From contig JBBCGO010000001.1 of assembly GCA_037200925.1 (NCBI GenBank), forward strand, positions 73,552 through 137,551: DNA of 64,000 nt, in the 5' to 3' direction. The stretch comes from Candidatus Doudnabacteria bacterium (GTDB taxonomy: Bacteria > Patescibacteriota > Doudnabacteria > UBA920 > O2-02-FULL-48-8). Below the pieces are notes generated by a model that made no database searches, was not told the DNA's origin, and saw nothing but the letters and a program-made list of their open reading frames with translations. Below are positions 1-8,931 of this stretch, one piece after another; positions within the stretch are counted from its first letter, which is position 1, and each line of letters starts with the position of its first letter. A program made the position numbers and the translations under genes.

Positions 1-1121
1 GATTCCGGGTGAATGAAGATGAGTATAAGGTCATGGGACTTGCAGCTTACGGCCAGCCGGTTTTGGTGAACGAGATCCGGAATTTGATCTTTGTCCAATC
101 TGACGGGAGCTTTAAGCTTGATATGGAATATTTTGGGTTTCATAAAGGTTCTAGGATGTGGAGCAAGAAGTTTGAAAGGCTTTTCGGCCCGCCGCGCCTG
201 CCGGACGAAACGGTCAGCGATTTTCACAAGAATTTGTCGGCAAGCGTACAACGGGTGGTTGAAGACGTGTATTTCCTCATCCTCAACCATTTGTATTCGC
301 TAACGCCACAGCCAAATGTCGCCATTGCCGGCGGAGTAGCCTTAAATGCCCTGGCCAACGGCAAGATCTTTTCTCAAACCAAGTTTCAGCAAGTTCATAT
401 TTTTGGCCCAGCCGGCGACAGCGGCGCGGCTTTGGGGGCCGCGTTTTTGGTCCAAAGTCGGCTGGAACAAGGCACGGTTAACAAATTTGCCGGGAGTCTG
501 CTTCTGGGGTCCGCGTATGAAAACGATCAGATCGAAAAAATCTTGCTGAAGAAAAATCTGGCTTATAAACAATTCACTTCGGAAGATCTGCTTTTGGAAA
601 ACCTGGCCGGTTTGCTCCAGGACGGAAGGGTGATCGGCTGGTTCCAGGGCCGGATGGAACTGGGCCCCCGTTCGCTTGGCTCCCGATCCATCCTGGCCAA
701 ACCGAACCCGAAGTCGGTCAAGGAGAAGATGAATCAAATTAAGCGGCGGGAGCAATTTCGCCCGTTCGCGGGCTCGATCCTCAAAGAACAGGCTGCAGAA
801 TTCTTTGAACTGCCTCACTATCAGGAGGATTTTCCATATATGAATTTTTGCTTTCAAGTCAGAGACGATAAGCGGGAAGTTCTGGCGGGAATAGTGCATG
901 CCGACAATTCTTGCCGCATCCAGACCGTCAGCGCGGAAAACGGCGTGTATTACAGATTGCTGAAGAAATTTTACGAGATCAGCGGAATTCCCTGCCTGCT
1001 CAACACCAGCTTTAATTTACAGGGCGAGCCGATCGTGGAAACACCCGAACAGGCGGTGGATGATTTCCTAAGATCGCCCATGGATAATTTGGCGATCGGG
1101 GATTTTCTGATCTCGAAATAA
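1..1121 (+). CDS. Carbamoyltransferase (NodU/CmcH/HypF-like family), C-terminal part; 5' end truncated by the window edge
   Basis: ORF 9..1121 is open back to nt 1 in the same frame. 'YGFHKGSRMWSKKFERLFG' and 'LGPRSLGSRSIL...KRREQFRPFA' match the carbamoyltransferase C-terminal domain. Confidence 0.75.
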   Translation, partial: FRVNEDEYKVMGLAAYGQPVLVNEIRNLIFVQSDGSFKLDMEYFGFHKGSRMWSKKFERLFGPPRLPDETVSDFHKNLSASVQRVVEDVYFLILNHLYSLTPQPNVAIAGGVALNALANGKIFSQTKFQQVHIFGPAGDSGAALGAAFLVQSRLEQGTVNKFAGSLLLGSAYENDQIEKILLKKNLAYKQFTSEDLLLENLAGLLQDGRVIGWFQGRMELGPRSLGSRSILAKPNPKSVKEKMNQIKRREQFRPFAGSILKEQAAEFFELPHYQEDFPYMNFCFQVRDDKREVLAGIVHADNSCRIQTVSAENGVYYRLLKKFYEISGIPCLLNTSFNLQGEPIVETPEQAVDDFLRSPMDNLAIGDFLISK

Positions 1122-1145
1122 AAAACAGTCCAATTTCGGATCTGT

Positions 1146-2105
1146 TTATTTTTTGCAATCTATCAGATTCTGTGTCAGATAATTATATAAATCTTGAGCG
1201 ATTATTTTGCTTCCGGCAGCGTTAGGATGGGGGTCTCCCGGACGAACGATATTATTGTCATCTGTTAGGTTGCCGATCTTATCATCGAAAAATGTATTCT
1301 GTGAAGCACCGGTAAGCCCTTTGATTTTGTTGACATTTTCCGAAGACAGCAGCCCCGGGGAAGTAAAGAAAAGAAGTTTATTATTGAAATATTTCCTGAT
1401 CGACGTCAAAGCATTAATTTCATAATTTTCAATTTCTCCGATATTTTTCTGATTATACTCCTCTCTTTGCGCACGGAAGGCGAGTTGTTCTGGGTTAGGC
1501 GAATAATTTGCCAAATTGTCGTAGTAATCCAGGACATCATAGAACATGTCAGCGTACACGGACAAACTTCTGTCCAGTAAAAACCATGCCACCAGGTCCG
1601 GGTTGTACTTTTGCCCCCGCAGTATATATCTTTCAAGAACGTATCGGGCGTCGTATCCTCCGACCCCGAGATTTATCACTTCGAATTTTTTAATATTTTT
1701 GCATTGCAGATTGCTGTTCAGCATGTCTTCCAGGCGTTCAGAAAAATTATCATTCGTGTCAAGATATAATCCGAATGTCATGGAGTCACCCAGAGTTATA
1801 ATTCTGTATGTCGCCGGGGGTTTTTCTGTGGTATAATCATAACGCTCGTTGAGGGAATCGGAATTAATTGTGTTGGTGGATTCATAATCCAGCCAATCAG
1901 GTTTGTTCTTCAGGCTGACATTCGGCTTTGGCTCATAAAAATGTTTGAGATCGTTGGAAATTGTGAACTGAAAATCCGCTTTATTTAGCGGGTGAACAGT
2001 CGTTTCATGTAAGATTTTTTCGCGTTTAATGTAGTTGAAAGCCAAAAAGACGATAATTAATATTTCAAAAATCACTAAACCTGTAAAGACAGATTTTTGT
2101 TTCAT
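1146..2105 (-). CDS. SGNH/GDSL-family hydrolase, N-terminal membrane anchor (paralog 1)
   Basis: 'RIITLGDSMTFGLY' GDS(L) motif, followed by an N-terminal TM helix. The ORF track extends to 2324, but the ATG at 2105..2103 ('MKQKSVF..') gives a non-overlapping gene. Paralog of 3713..4738. Confidence 0.7.
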   Translation of the reverse strand: MKQKSVFTGLVIFEILIIVFLAFNYIKREKILHETTVHPLNKADFQFTISNDLKHFYEPKPNVSLKNKPDWLDYESTNTINSDSLNERYDYTTEKPPATYRIITLGDSMTFGLYLDTNDNFSERLEDMLNSNLQCKNIKKFEVINLGVGGYDARYVLERYILRGQKYNPDLVAWFLLDRSLSVYADMFYDVLDYYDNLANYSPNPEQLAFRAQREEYNQKNIGEIENYEINALTSIRKYFNNKLLFFTSPGLLSSENVNKIKGLTGASQNTFFDDKIGNLTDDNNIVRPGDPHPNAAGSKIIAQDLYNYLTQNLIDCKK

Positions 2106-2190
2106 ATAAATATAGAATAGGTATAATCTATTTTCATTATAACACAAGCAAAAATATAATTTCGCCGGTATCGCGTTTATAAGACGAAAC

Positions 2191-3708
2191 ATGATCTCCA
2201 AACCTAGTAATAAATTTTTTATAGCCTTGACATTTTTTTTGTCAGGGATATTTTTAATTTTGTTTGTCTTAAACAGCCAGTTCACAAAATACTTGAGCGT
2301 AAAGCATATTAACGTCACGCTCACAAAAGACGGTTTTCAGCCGGGCAAGATCGAGATCAAGCAGGGCGATACCGTGACGTTTGTTTCAGATCTGGACAAG
2401 CCGTTTTGGCCGGCTTCAGACCTTCATCCAACCCATCTTTTGTATCCCGAATTTGACCCCAAACAGCCCATCGAGCCGGGCAAGACCTGGACATTTAAAT
2501 TTGATAAAGCCGGAATATGGACTTACCACAATCATCTCGATCCTGATATATTAGGGACCATCATTGTTCACAGCGCAGGTAACAGTAAAACCGCTAAAAT
2601 AGACCCGTCTTCCTGCGACGGGCTTTCCGATGATGTCGAGAAATTGAAATGCTGGAGCACTTCGCTGAACAATGTATTGGAATATCAGGGGATCGAAGCG
2701 GCCTTCGGCACGCTCGATAGCTGGTTAAAATCAGAGCCCGATTTTGAACCTTATTGCCATACTTTGGTGCATGAGGTCGGCGCTAAGGCTTACGATCTTT
2801 TTTCGGAACATAAGAGCTTTGGACTCACAGACCAGACATCGCTCTGCGGCTACGGATTTTACCATGGATTTACGGAAACCCTGGCTGCTGAGGGCGGCGG
2901 CATTGCTCAGGCCCGGCAGTTTTGTTCTTTCGTTTATGATGAATTGGGAAGTAAATTACCCGGAATTCTCGACCAATGTTACCACGGTTTTGGCCACGGG
3001 TCTGTTGACATCCATAACGAGGGTATTTGGGGGGATGAGATCGCGATGATACAGCCCGCCTTAAAAATGTGCCGCGCCGTGGCAACTGATTCCGAGAAGC
3101 TGTTCCGTTGCGGCACGGGGATGTTTGATTCGATCTCTATAGGTTATTTTACCCATGATTATAATTTAAAAATGAATTCCACAGATCCTTTTTGGCTGTG
3201 CCGGCAGCAGAAAGAGGAAGAATTTAAGCAGTCATGCTACGTGAGTTTGGATCCCGCTCTTTTACTGATGGAAAATATGGATTTTTCTAAAGCGTCCAAA
3301 TTTATTGAAAATATAAAAGAGGATCAACATGCGACTTTGGCCATGGGGAGCCTGGCTTTGCCGGTTTATTGGATCAAGGACAGGTCAGGCCGGGAAGCCG
3401 CCTCAAAAATGGATAATTTTTACCAAACCCAAGGGGTTGCTTCCTGCAGAACCTTGCAGAAACGCTTGATTGAGCCGTGCATAAAAAGCATTGCATATGC
3501 TTTGACAATGGATGAATCGCGCACCAAACAGTACCAGGAAGGACTTAAGTTCTGCCGGAGGACTGATCTGACTTCAGCTGAAAGCGGCGACTGCTTTAAT
3601 ACCGTGATCAGCACCCTTTCAGAGATTTACCCGAAAGATGAATTGGGTGTTATCTGCAATCAAGAATTGAAATCCGAAGATAAAATATATTGTCAGGGGA
3701 AAATTTAG
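2191..3708 (+). CDS. Secreted protein: N-terminal TM/signal, cupredoxin-like beta-sandwich domain, ~340-aa His/Cys-rich domain (paralog 1)
   Basis: 'WPASDLHPTH...YHNHL' cupredoxin-like segment, but no Cys ligand, so not a classical type-1 Cu site. Then 'CHTLVHEVG', 'CGYGFYHGF', 'CYHGFGHGS' and ~16 Cys. Paralogs at 4754..6226, 7278..8468 and 8476..8913. Confidence 0.6.
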   Translation: MISKPSNKFFIALTFFLSGIFLILFVLNSQFTKYLSVKHINVTLTKDGFQPGKIEIKQGDTVTFVSDLDKPFWPASDLHPTHLLYPEFDPKQPIEPGKTWTFKFDKAGIWTYHNHLDPDILGTIIVHSAGNSKTAKIDPSSCDGLSDDVEKLKCWSTSLNNVLEYQGIEAAFGTLDSWLKSEPDFEPYCHTLVHEVGAKAYDLFSEHKSFGLTDQTSLCGYGFYHGFTETLAAEGGGIAQARQFCSFVYDELGSKLPGILDQCYHGFGHGSVDIHNEGIWGDEIAMIQPALKMCRAVATDSEKLFRCGTGMFDSISIGYFTHDYNLKMNSTDPFWLCRQQKEEEFKQSCYVSLDPALLLMENMDFSKASKFIENIKEDQHATLAMGSLALPVYWIKDRSGREAASKMDNFYQTQGVASCRTLQKRLIEPCIKSIAYALTMDESRTKQYQEGLKFCRRTDLTSAESGDCFNTVISTLSEIYPKDELGVICNQELKSEDKIYCQGKI

Positions 3709-3712
3709 CGGA

Positions 3713-4738
3713 TTATTTGCAGGTGATCAATTTATTGGCCAGCAAATAATTCAGCAGATCTTGGGCTATGGCCTTGTGTCCTTCCGGGTTCGGGTGCTGG
3801 TCGGGAAAGACCTTGCCTGCTTTCACCAGATCCAGCGGGCTTTCGTAGAGATAGGTCCCATCACGCGATTTGCTGTAATTTTCCAACAACAACGCGGGAT
3901 TGGTTGTAGTAGATGGGAGCAGGTATTTCGGAGCATAGATCAGCAGATTGTTTTTATATAAGCTGTTAAATTCATTGAAAGCCTGCATGTTGTAGTCGAC
4001 AATTTCCTTCACTGATAATTGTTTGAGGCTGTCTTTGAAAGCCTGATCCCAGACATTAAAAACTTGCGGTTCGATCAGACCACCGCCCAGTTTATTCAGA
4101 TAGTCGTTGACTTTCGGGAGCAGAATTTCGTTAATATAGTCAATATCGTCATACTTTAAGAACCAGATGACCAGATCTGGATCGTATTTTTGTCCCCGAA
4201 GTTTGTACCGCTCTTCCGAATATTTAACATCATATCCCTGAACAGCCAAGTTGATCACTTCAAATTTTTTGTAAGTCGTACAGCCCATGCCGTTTAATTC
4301 ATCTTCCAGGACCTTAGGATAACTCTGTTCATTATTGACGAATAACCCGTACGTGAAAGAATCACCCAGGGTGATAATCCGGAATGTGCCCGGAGGTTTG
4401 TCGGGCGTGTAATCAGTAGTGCCGCGGAGCGTATCGTGGTTTATGTGATAGGTCGGCTTAATTTTCAACCAGTCTGGTACGCCGTTATTTGCCTCGCTAT
4501 CGGCCTTCGGTTCGTAGAAATATTTCAGACTCGATTGGTCGGGAAAAGTTACGCTGCTGCCCGCGATCGTGCTGAAAGAAGGAGTTGACGATAATATTTT
4601 CTTCCTGTGATAATCCGTGACAAGATAAACCACAGCTTCAAGTTCAAGAAGGATTATCAAGATTATAGCAAGGTTTCTGAATTTTCTTTTTGTATCGTTC
4701 ATGCGGCAGGAGGGTTGACTGATGACTTTACTTTTCAT
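3713..4738 (-). CDS. SGNH/GDSL-family hydrolase, membrane anchored (paralog 2)
   Basis: 'RIITLGDSFTYGLF' plus an N-terminal TM. Possible alternative start at 4702 (MNDTKRK). Divergently oriented to 4754..6226, as in the 1146/2191 pair. Confidence 0.7.
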   Translation of the reverse strand: MKSKVISQPSCRMNDTKRKFRNLAIILIILLELEAVVYLVTDYHRKKILSSTPSFSTIAGSSVTFPDQSSLKYFYEPKADSEANNGVPDWLKIKPTYHINHDTLRGTTDYTPDKPPGTFRIITLGDSFTYGLFVNNEQSYPKVLEDELNGMGCTTYKKFEVINLAVQGYDVKYSEERYKLRGQKYDPDLVIWFLKYDDIDYINEILLPKVNDYLNKLGGGLIEPQVFNVWDQAFKDSLKQLSVKEIVDYNMQAFNEFNSLYKNNLLIYAPKYLLPSTTTNPALLLENYSKSRDGTYLYESPLDLVKAGKVFPDQHPNPEGHKAIAQDLLNYLLANKLITCK

Positions 4739-4753
4739 ATTATAGCATAGGAT

Positions 4754-6226
4754 TTGACGCTTCTTCCCATGAAACTAAAACGCTATTATTTTTATTTAGT
4801 CGCAGCCTTGGCTCTTCTGATAGTTGGGTTGATCTTTGTTTATGCCGGTTCTGCCAAAGGCTTGAAGTTAGCTTCAATATTTGAACAGGGCAACCGTTCC
4901 TCGCACACCATCGTGCTTTCCAAGGGCGGCTTCAGTCCCGGCAACCTTACCATAAAAAAAGGGGATTGGGTGACTTTCACCACTACTGCCGGTCAGCAAT
5001 TTTGGCCGGCCTCAGACCCTCACCCTACACACAGCATCTATCCGGATTTTGATCCGAAACGGCCTGTCGATCCGGGTAAATCATGGAGTTTTCAGTTTGA
5101 AAAAGAAGGAACTTTCCCGTATCACGATCACTTTATTCCAAGCCTGGGAGGAACCATTGTCGTCGGCCACGCGAGTGAGATCGGAGAGAATTGCGCTGAA
5201 GATACTCAAAATCAATATTTGTGTTGGTCGAAAATGATCGATGAATCTTTGCGCAATAACGGGCTTAATTCAGCTTTCTCGCTGGTAGAAAACTTATATC
5301 AGACGCAGCCGGCATTTGCCGGCGATTGCCACCTGTTCCTTCACAAGCTGGGACAGGCGGCCTATGAAGAATTTGCAGATAAACAGGACATTGCCTTGAC
5401 CAGCGCGTCCGCCTACTGCGGTTACGGGTTTTATCACGGTTTTATGGAAAGTCTGCTTATGCAGTCGAACAATTATTCTAAGGCTTTGGAGTTTTGCCAA
5501 AAAGTTTCAGCAGAAATGTCGCAATCCTTGTCTGATGCGTGTTATCATGGAGTAGGGCATGGCGCCATGGCCGTGGGCACTATTGACCAAGCGACCTGGG
5601 GCAAGCCCGATTCTTTGGTAAGCAAGGCTTTGGCGATCTGCAATAAAGTGGCAGACTCTTCGGTAAATGTCGCGCGCTGCGCTTCCGGCTCGTTCATGGA
5701 AATTTCAAGTTATTTGTCGGGCAGCCAGTATGGTTTGTCCGCAGACGCAAAAAATCCGCTGAAGATATGCCAAGCTCAAACCGCAGAAGACATAAAAACG
5801 ACCTGCTATGCCCAGATGTATCCTGTTCTGCAGGCAGTGAGCCGCGGGAGCGTGCCCGCTGCGATCAAATATATAGAAGCGATCCCGGAAGATAATTACG
5901 CGGAAGAATCGGTAGAAACCCTTCTCGGGTCCATGGCCGGGATAAACAGCGATCAGTCAAAAAACGTGCAGGCTTGCTCTGCGGCGCAAAAGCGCCTGCA
6001 AGCCAAGTGTATCAGCGGAATTGCCTTAAGCTTTATGCTGAACGGCACACCTAACGAACAGTATAAGCAGGCGGCCGCCTTCTGCAGCACCGGCGGTTTG
6101 ACGGGCATTGAGAGAGATTCGTGTTATGATCTGATCGTAAATGAATCCAAGAATACTTATTCTGGTTCTCAGCTCCAAAATGCCTGCCAATCCCTGCCCA
6201 GTTATTATCAAAAAAAATGTTTGTAA
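4754..6226 (+). CDS. Secreted cupredoxin-like + His/Cys-rich domain protein (paralog 2)
   Basis: 'WPASDPHPTH...YHDHF', then 'CHLFLHKLG', 'CGYGFYHGF', 'CYHGVGHGA'. N-terminal TM helix. Confidence 0.6.
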   Translation: MTLLPMKLKRYYFYLVAALALLIVGLIFVYAGSAKGLKLASIFEQGNRSSHTIVLSKGGFSPGNLTIKKGDWVTFTTTAGQQFWPASDPHPTHSIYPDFDPKRPVDPGKSWSFQFEKEGTFPYHDHFIPSLGGTIVVGHASEIGENCAEDTQNQYLCWSKMIDESLRNNGLNSAFSLVENLYQTQPAFAGDCHLFLHKLGQAAYEEFADKQDIALTSASAYCGYGFYHGFMESLLMQSNNYSKALEFCQKVSAEMSQSLSDACYHGVGHGAMAVGTIDQATWGKPDSLVSKALAICNKVADSSVNVARCASGSFMEISSYLSGSQYGLSADAKNPLKICQAQTAEDIKTTCYAQMYPVLQAVSRGSVPAAIKYIEAIPEDNYAEESVETLLGSMAGINSDQSKNVQACSAAQKRLQAKCISGIALSFMLNGTPNEQYKQAAAFCSTGGLTGIERDSCYDLIVNESKNTYSGSQLQNACQSLPSYYQKKCL

Positions 6227-7281
6227 AAAATAACCGCAAATTTTTTATTATCGCCGTCGCGCTGATCTTATTTTTCCTGGGCGAATTGTTATTTTTGTCA
6301 GGCAAATTCCGGTCCGTCAAACCCGAGGCCAAGCCGGTTGCGGTAAACAGCCCGCCTGCAGATGCCGAAAAAACGGATCAAAGTTTGCAAATTTCCGCAC
6401 TGGAGCAGAAAGTGAAAGACGATCCCAATGATGCGAATTCGTCGAACAACCTGGCCAGTCTATATTTTCAAACCGGAAAATTTGACCAGGCCAAAGATCT
6501 ATATTCTAATGTTCTCAAAATCAATCCGAAAGACGTCGGAGCGATGACCGGTTTGGCGAATGTCCTGCGTTACCGCGGAGAATATGCCGAATCAGAAAAA
6601 TTGTATCTGGAAGCGATAAAAATCGATCCGGGCAATGCCTGGTCATACATTGATTTCGGGAAACTCTATCGTGACTGGAATAAACCGGCCCAAGCCGAAG
6701 CGGTTTTAATGCAAGCCGCGAAACTCAACCCCAAAGATGATAGGATATATTCTTACGGCCTGGGGTTTTTGTACAGAGATGAAGGCCGGCTTCCCGAAGC
6801 GGAAAAAATGTTCAACAAAGCCCTTCAGCTGAACCCGAATGATTATAATTACATGTCCATGGGCGATATTTACCGCGATGAGGGCAAATTTGCGGAATCA
6901 GAAACCATGTTCAAAAAAGCCCTTGAGTTAAATCCCTTGAACGAAGCTTATATGGGTATGGGGTATCTATACCTTCAGGAAGGTAAATTGGATAAAGCTG
7001 AAGAATCTTTTCAAACGTACTTGAAGCTGATCAAGCCGAAAAGCGAGGTCTATGAAGGCTTGGGCTACATCTATATCTCACAGGGCAAGCTTGCCGACGC
7101 GGAGAATGCGTTCAAAAACTCCATTGCAGTCAACCCGCACTTGTTCGGATATTTGGGCTTAGCCAGGGTCTATAATGTTGAAGGCAAGAAAGACGAAGCC
7201 ATACAGGCATTGAAAAAATCCATTGAATTGAATCCGGATGACAAAGCGGGGCCGGCCTTACTTAAACAATTGGAAGGATGA
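6217..7281 (+). CDS. TPR-repeat protein with N-terminal TM helix
   Basis: About eight degenerate 34-aa TPR units ('LASLYFQTGKFDQAKDLYSNVLKINPKD', 'YMGMGYLYLQEGKLDKAEESF'). Start overlaps the upstream stop, and its stop overlaps the next start (ATGA at 7278). Confidence 0.75.
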   Translation: MFVKNNRKFFIIAVALILFFLGELLFLSGKFRSVKPEAKPVAVNSPPADAEKTDQSLQISALEQKVKDDPNDANSSNNLASLYFQTGKFDQAKDLYSNVLKINPKDVGAMTGLANVLRYRGEYAESEKLYLEAIKIDPGNAWSYIDFGKLYRDWNKPAQAEAVLMQAAKLNPKDDRIYSYGLGFLYRDEGRLPEAEKMFNKALQLNPNDYNYMSMGDIYRDEGKFAESETMFKKALELNPLNEAYMGMGYLYLQEGKLDKAEESFQTYLKLIKPKSEVYEGLGYIYISQGKLADAENAFKNSIAVNPHLFGYLGLARVYNVEGKKDEAIQALKKSIELNPDDKAGPALLKQLEG

Positions 7282-8468
7282 GAACTTTAGCCAACAAAAA
7301 TTTTTTTCTTGTTCTCGCTGCCGCGATTTTGCTTGCCGGTTTGATTTTGGTTTTAGCTCATGCCAAAACCAGATCTCTTGCCGCCGGCAAGCAACAAACA
7401 TCTGCTGGGACCGACTGCTCCGCTTCAAACAACCAAGAGCTATGCTGGCAGCAGCAGATGAAACAGACATTGCAATCGCAAGGCCTGCCCGCGGCATTTG
7501 ATATACTGGCAAATCTTTACGACACTGCGCCGGCGTTTGCCTCGCAGTGCCATGCCTTTACCCACGAGCTGGGCCAGGAGGCATATGAAATGTTCGCATC
7601 GCACCAGGACTTCGAGCTTAATTCCAAAACCCAGTATTGCGGTTACGGGTTCTATCACGGTTTTATGGAAACGCTGCTGCAGAGCACAGGCGATGTCAGT
7701 CAGGCGCAGAATTTTTGCGCCTATGTCGGAAAGAAGCTTGCCGGCCAAACGTCCGACGGCGAGGGCGCCTGTTATCACGGCATCGGCCATGGCGCCGTCG
7801 ACGGCACGGATATAAAAGCCTGGGGAAACCCGCAGGCAATGATCGATCCCAGCTTAAAGCTTTGCAAATTTGCTTCCGGCGACAACCAGCAATTTTTATA
7901 CCGCTGCGTGACGGGTGTTTACAATGCTTTGGAAATACTTTCTTCTGACCCCCAGTACAAGCTGACAATGATCCAGAAAAATCCTTTCTGGCTGTGTCCG
8001 AGCCAGCCGGAATTTTATAAAGAACCGTGTTACACGAATATGCTGCCGTCCCTGCTTAGGTTTACAAATAATGACTTGGTGAAATCCGAGAAAATGATAG
8101 AAAAAATTCCTGAACAGACAGCCATAAAAACCACTGTCTCATACAGCCTGTTCCATGAATTTATCCGGCTGAATTTGGAGCGGCCGAATTATAATATAGA
8201 AAATGGCGTGCAGATCTGCCACGGTCTGGCAGACCCTTACCGTCTGTCATGTATCGAAGGCTTGGCCGGCGGACACATGAAATACGGCGATCCCCAACAG
8301 GCGTACGTCAAAGGCCTGGCGTTTTGTAAAATGCCGATCTTGAAAAGCGACGAAGAGGATTCATGCTATAATACAATCCTGACACGCCTGCCGATCTGGT
8401 ATTCTCCGGCAAAATCCGCTGAGATCTGCAGTTCCGTGGATGTAAAATTCCAAACTTACTGCCGATAA
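7278..8468 (+). CDS. Secreted His/Cys-rich domain protein (paralog 3; no fused cupredoxin domain)
   Basis: 'CHAFTHELG', 'CGYGFYHGF', 'CYHGIGHGA'. Same Cys spacing as the C-terminal halves of 2191 and 4754. Confidence 0.6.
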   Translation: MRTLANKNFFLVLAAAILLAGLILVLAHAKTRSLAAGKQQTSAGTDCSASNNQELCWQQQMKQTLQSQGLPAAFDILANLYDTAPAFASQCHAFTHELGQEAYEMFASHQDFELNSKTQYCGYGFYHGFMETLLQSTGDVSQAQNFCAYVGKKLAGQTSDGEGACYHGIGHGAVDGTDIKAWGNPQAMIDPSLKLCKFASGDNQQFLYRCVTGVYNALEILSSDPQYKLTMIQKNPFWLCPSQPEFYKEPCYTNMLPSLLRFTNNDLVKSEKMIEKIPEQTAIKTTVSYSLFHEFIRLNLERPNYNIENGVQICHGLADPYRLSCIEGLAGGHMKYGDPQQAYVKGLAFCKMPILKSDEEDSCYNTILTRLPIWYSPAKSAEICSSVDVKFQTYCR

Positions 8469-8475
8469 ACTTTTT

Positions 8476-8913
8476 ATGAATAAAAAAATAATAATTATTC
8501 TGCTGTGCGTCATTGTGCTTGTTCTGGGAGTCTACGCTTATAAATTAGCTTTCGTAAAGCCGTCTGACGCGGGGACAAGCCAGGCTGACTCAAATTCCGA
8601 ACCGGCTAAGTTTTCGACCCAGGATAAAATATTGCCGACCGATGTCGTCGTGAAAGTGACGGACAACGGTTTTGTGCCGGACTCGGTTACTGTTAAAAAA
8701 GGGACTCCGGTCGTGTGGCTGAACCAGACCAGCAGTTTTGTCTGGCCGGCGTCCGACCCACACCCCCTGCATACGGACTATCCCGGGTTCGATCCGCAGG
8801 AGCCGTTCAAGAATGGCGAAACTTGGGCTTTTACTTTTGACCGCGTGGGAAATTGGGGATACCATAACCACCTGCAGCCCAGCATGAAGGGAACTGTGCA
8901 CGTAACTGAATGA
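8476..8913 (+). CDS. Stand-alone cupredoxin-like domain protein with N-terminal TM
   Basis: 'WPASDPHPLHTDYPGFDPQEP...GNWGYHNHLQPSMKGTVHV' matches the N-terminal domains of 2191 and 4754. Lies immediately downstream of the His/Cys-domain gene, so it looks like a domain split in permuted order. Confidence 0.6.
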   Translation: MNKKIIIILLCVIVLVLGVYAYKLAFVKPSDAGTSQADSNSEPAKFSTQDKILPTDVVVKVTDNGFVPDSVTVKKGTPVVWLNQTSSFVWPASDPHPLHTDYPGFDPQEPFKNGETWAFTFDRVGNWGYHNHLQPSMKGTVHVTE

Positions 8914-8931
8914 TTGCGGTTGATTTTCCTT

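Noticed and set aside
342-899. 185-aa minus-strand ORF and small plus-strand ORFs (91..303, 346..549) inside the carbamoyltransferase gene
   Set aside because: They are entirely nested in a well-supported conserved CDS. Their composition is typical of off-frame translation.
2106-2324. Apparent 134-nt overlap between minus ORF 1146..2324 and plus ORF 2191..3708
   Set aside because: The internal ATG at 2105 (MKQKSVF..., giving an N-terminal TM) yields a normal-length SGNH protein with no overlap. The upstream extension has no support.
7238-7968. Arg-rich ORFs (7498..7815, 7637..7948, 7696..7968) overlapping the His/Cys-domain gene
   Set aside because: These are off-frame translations of a GC-richer stretch of a gene with clear paralogs in-frame.
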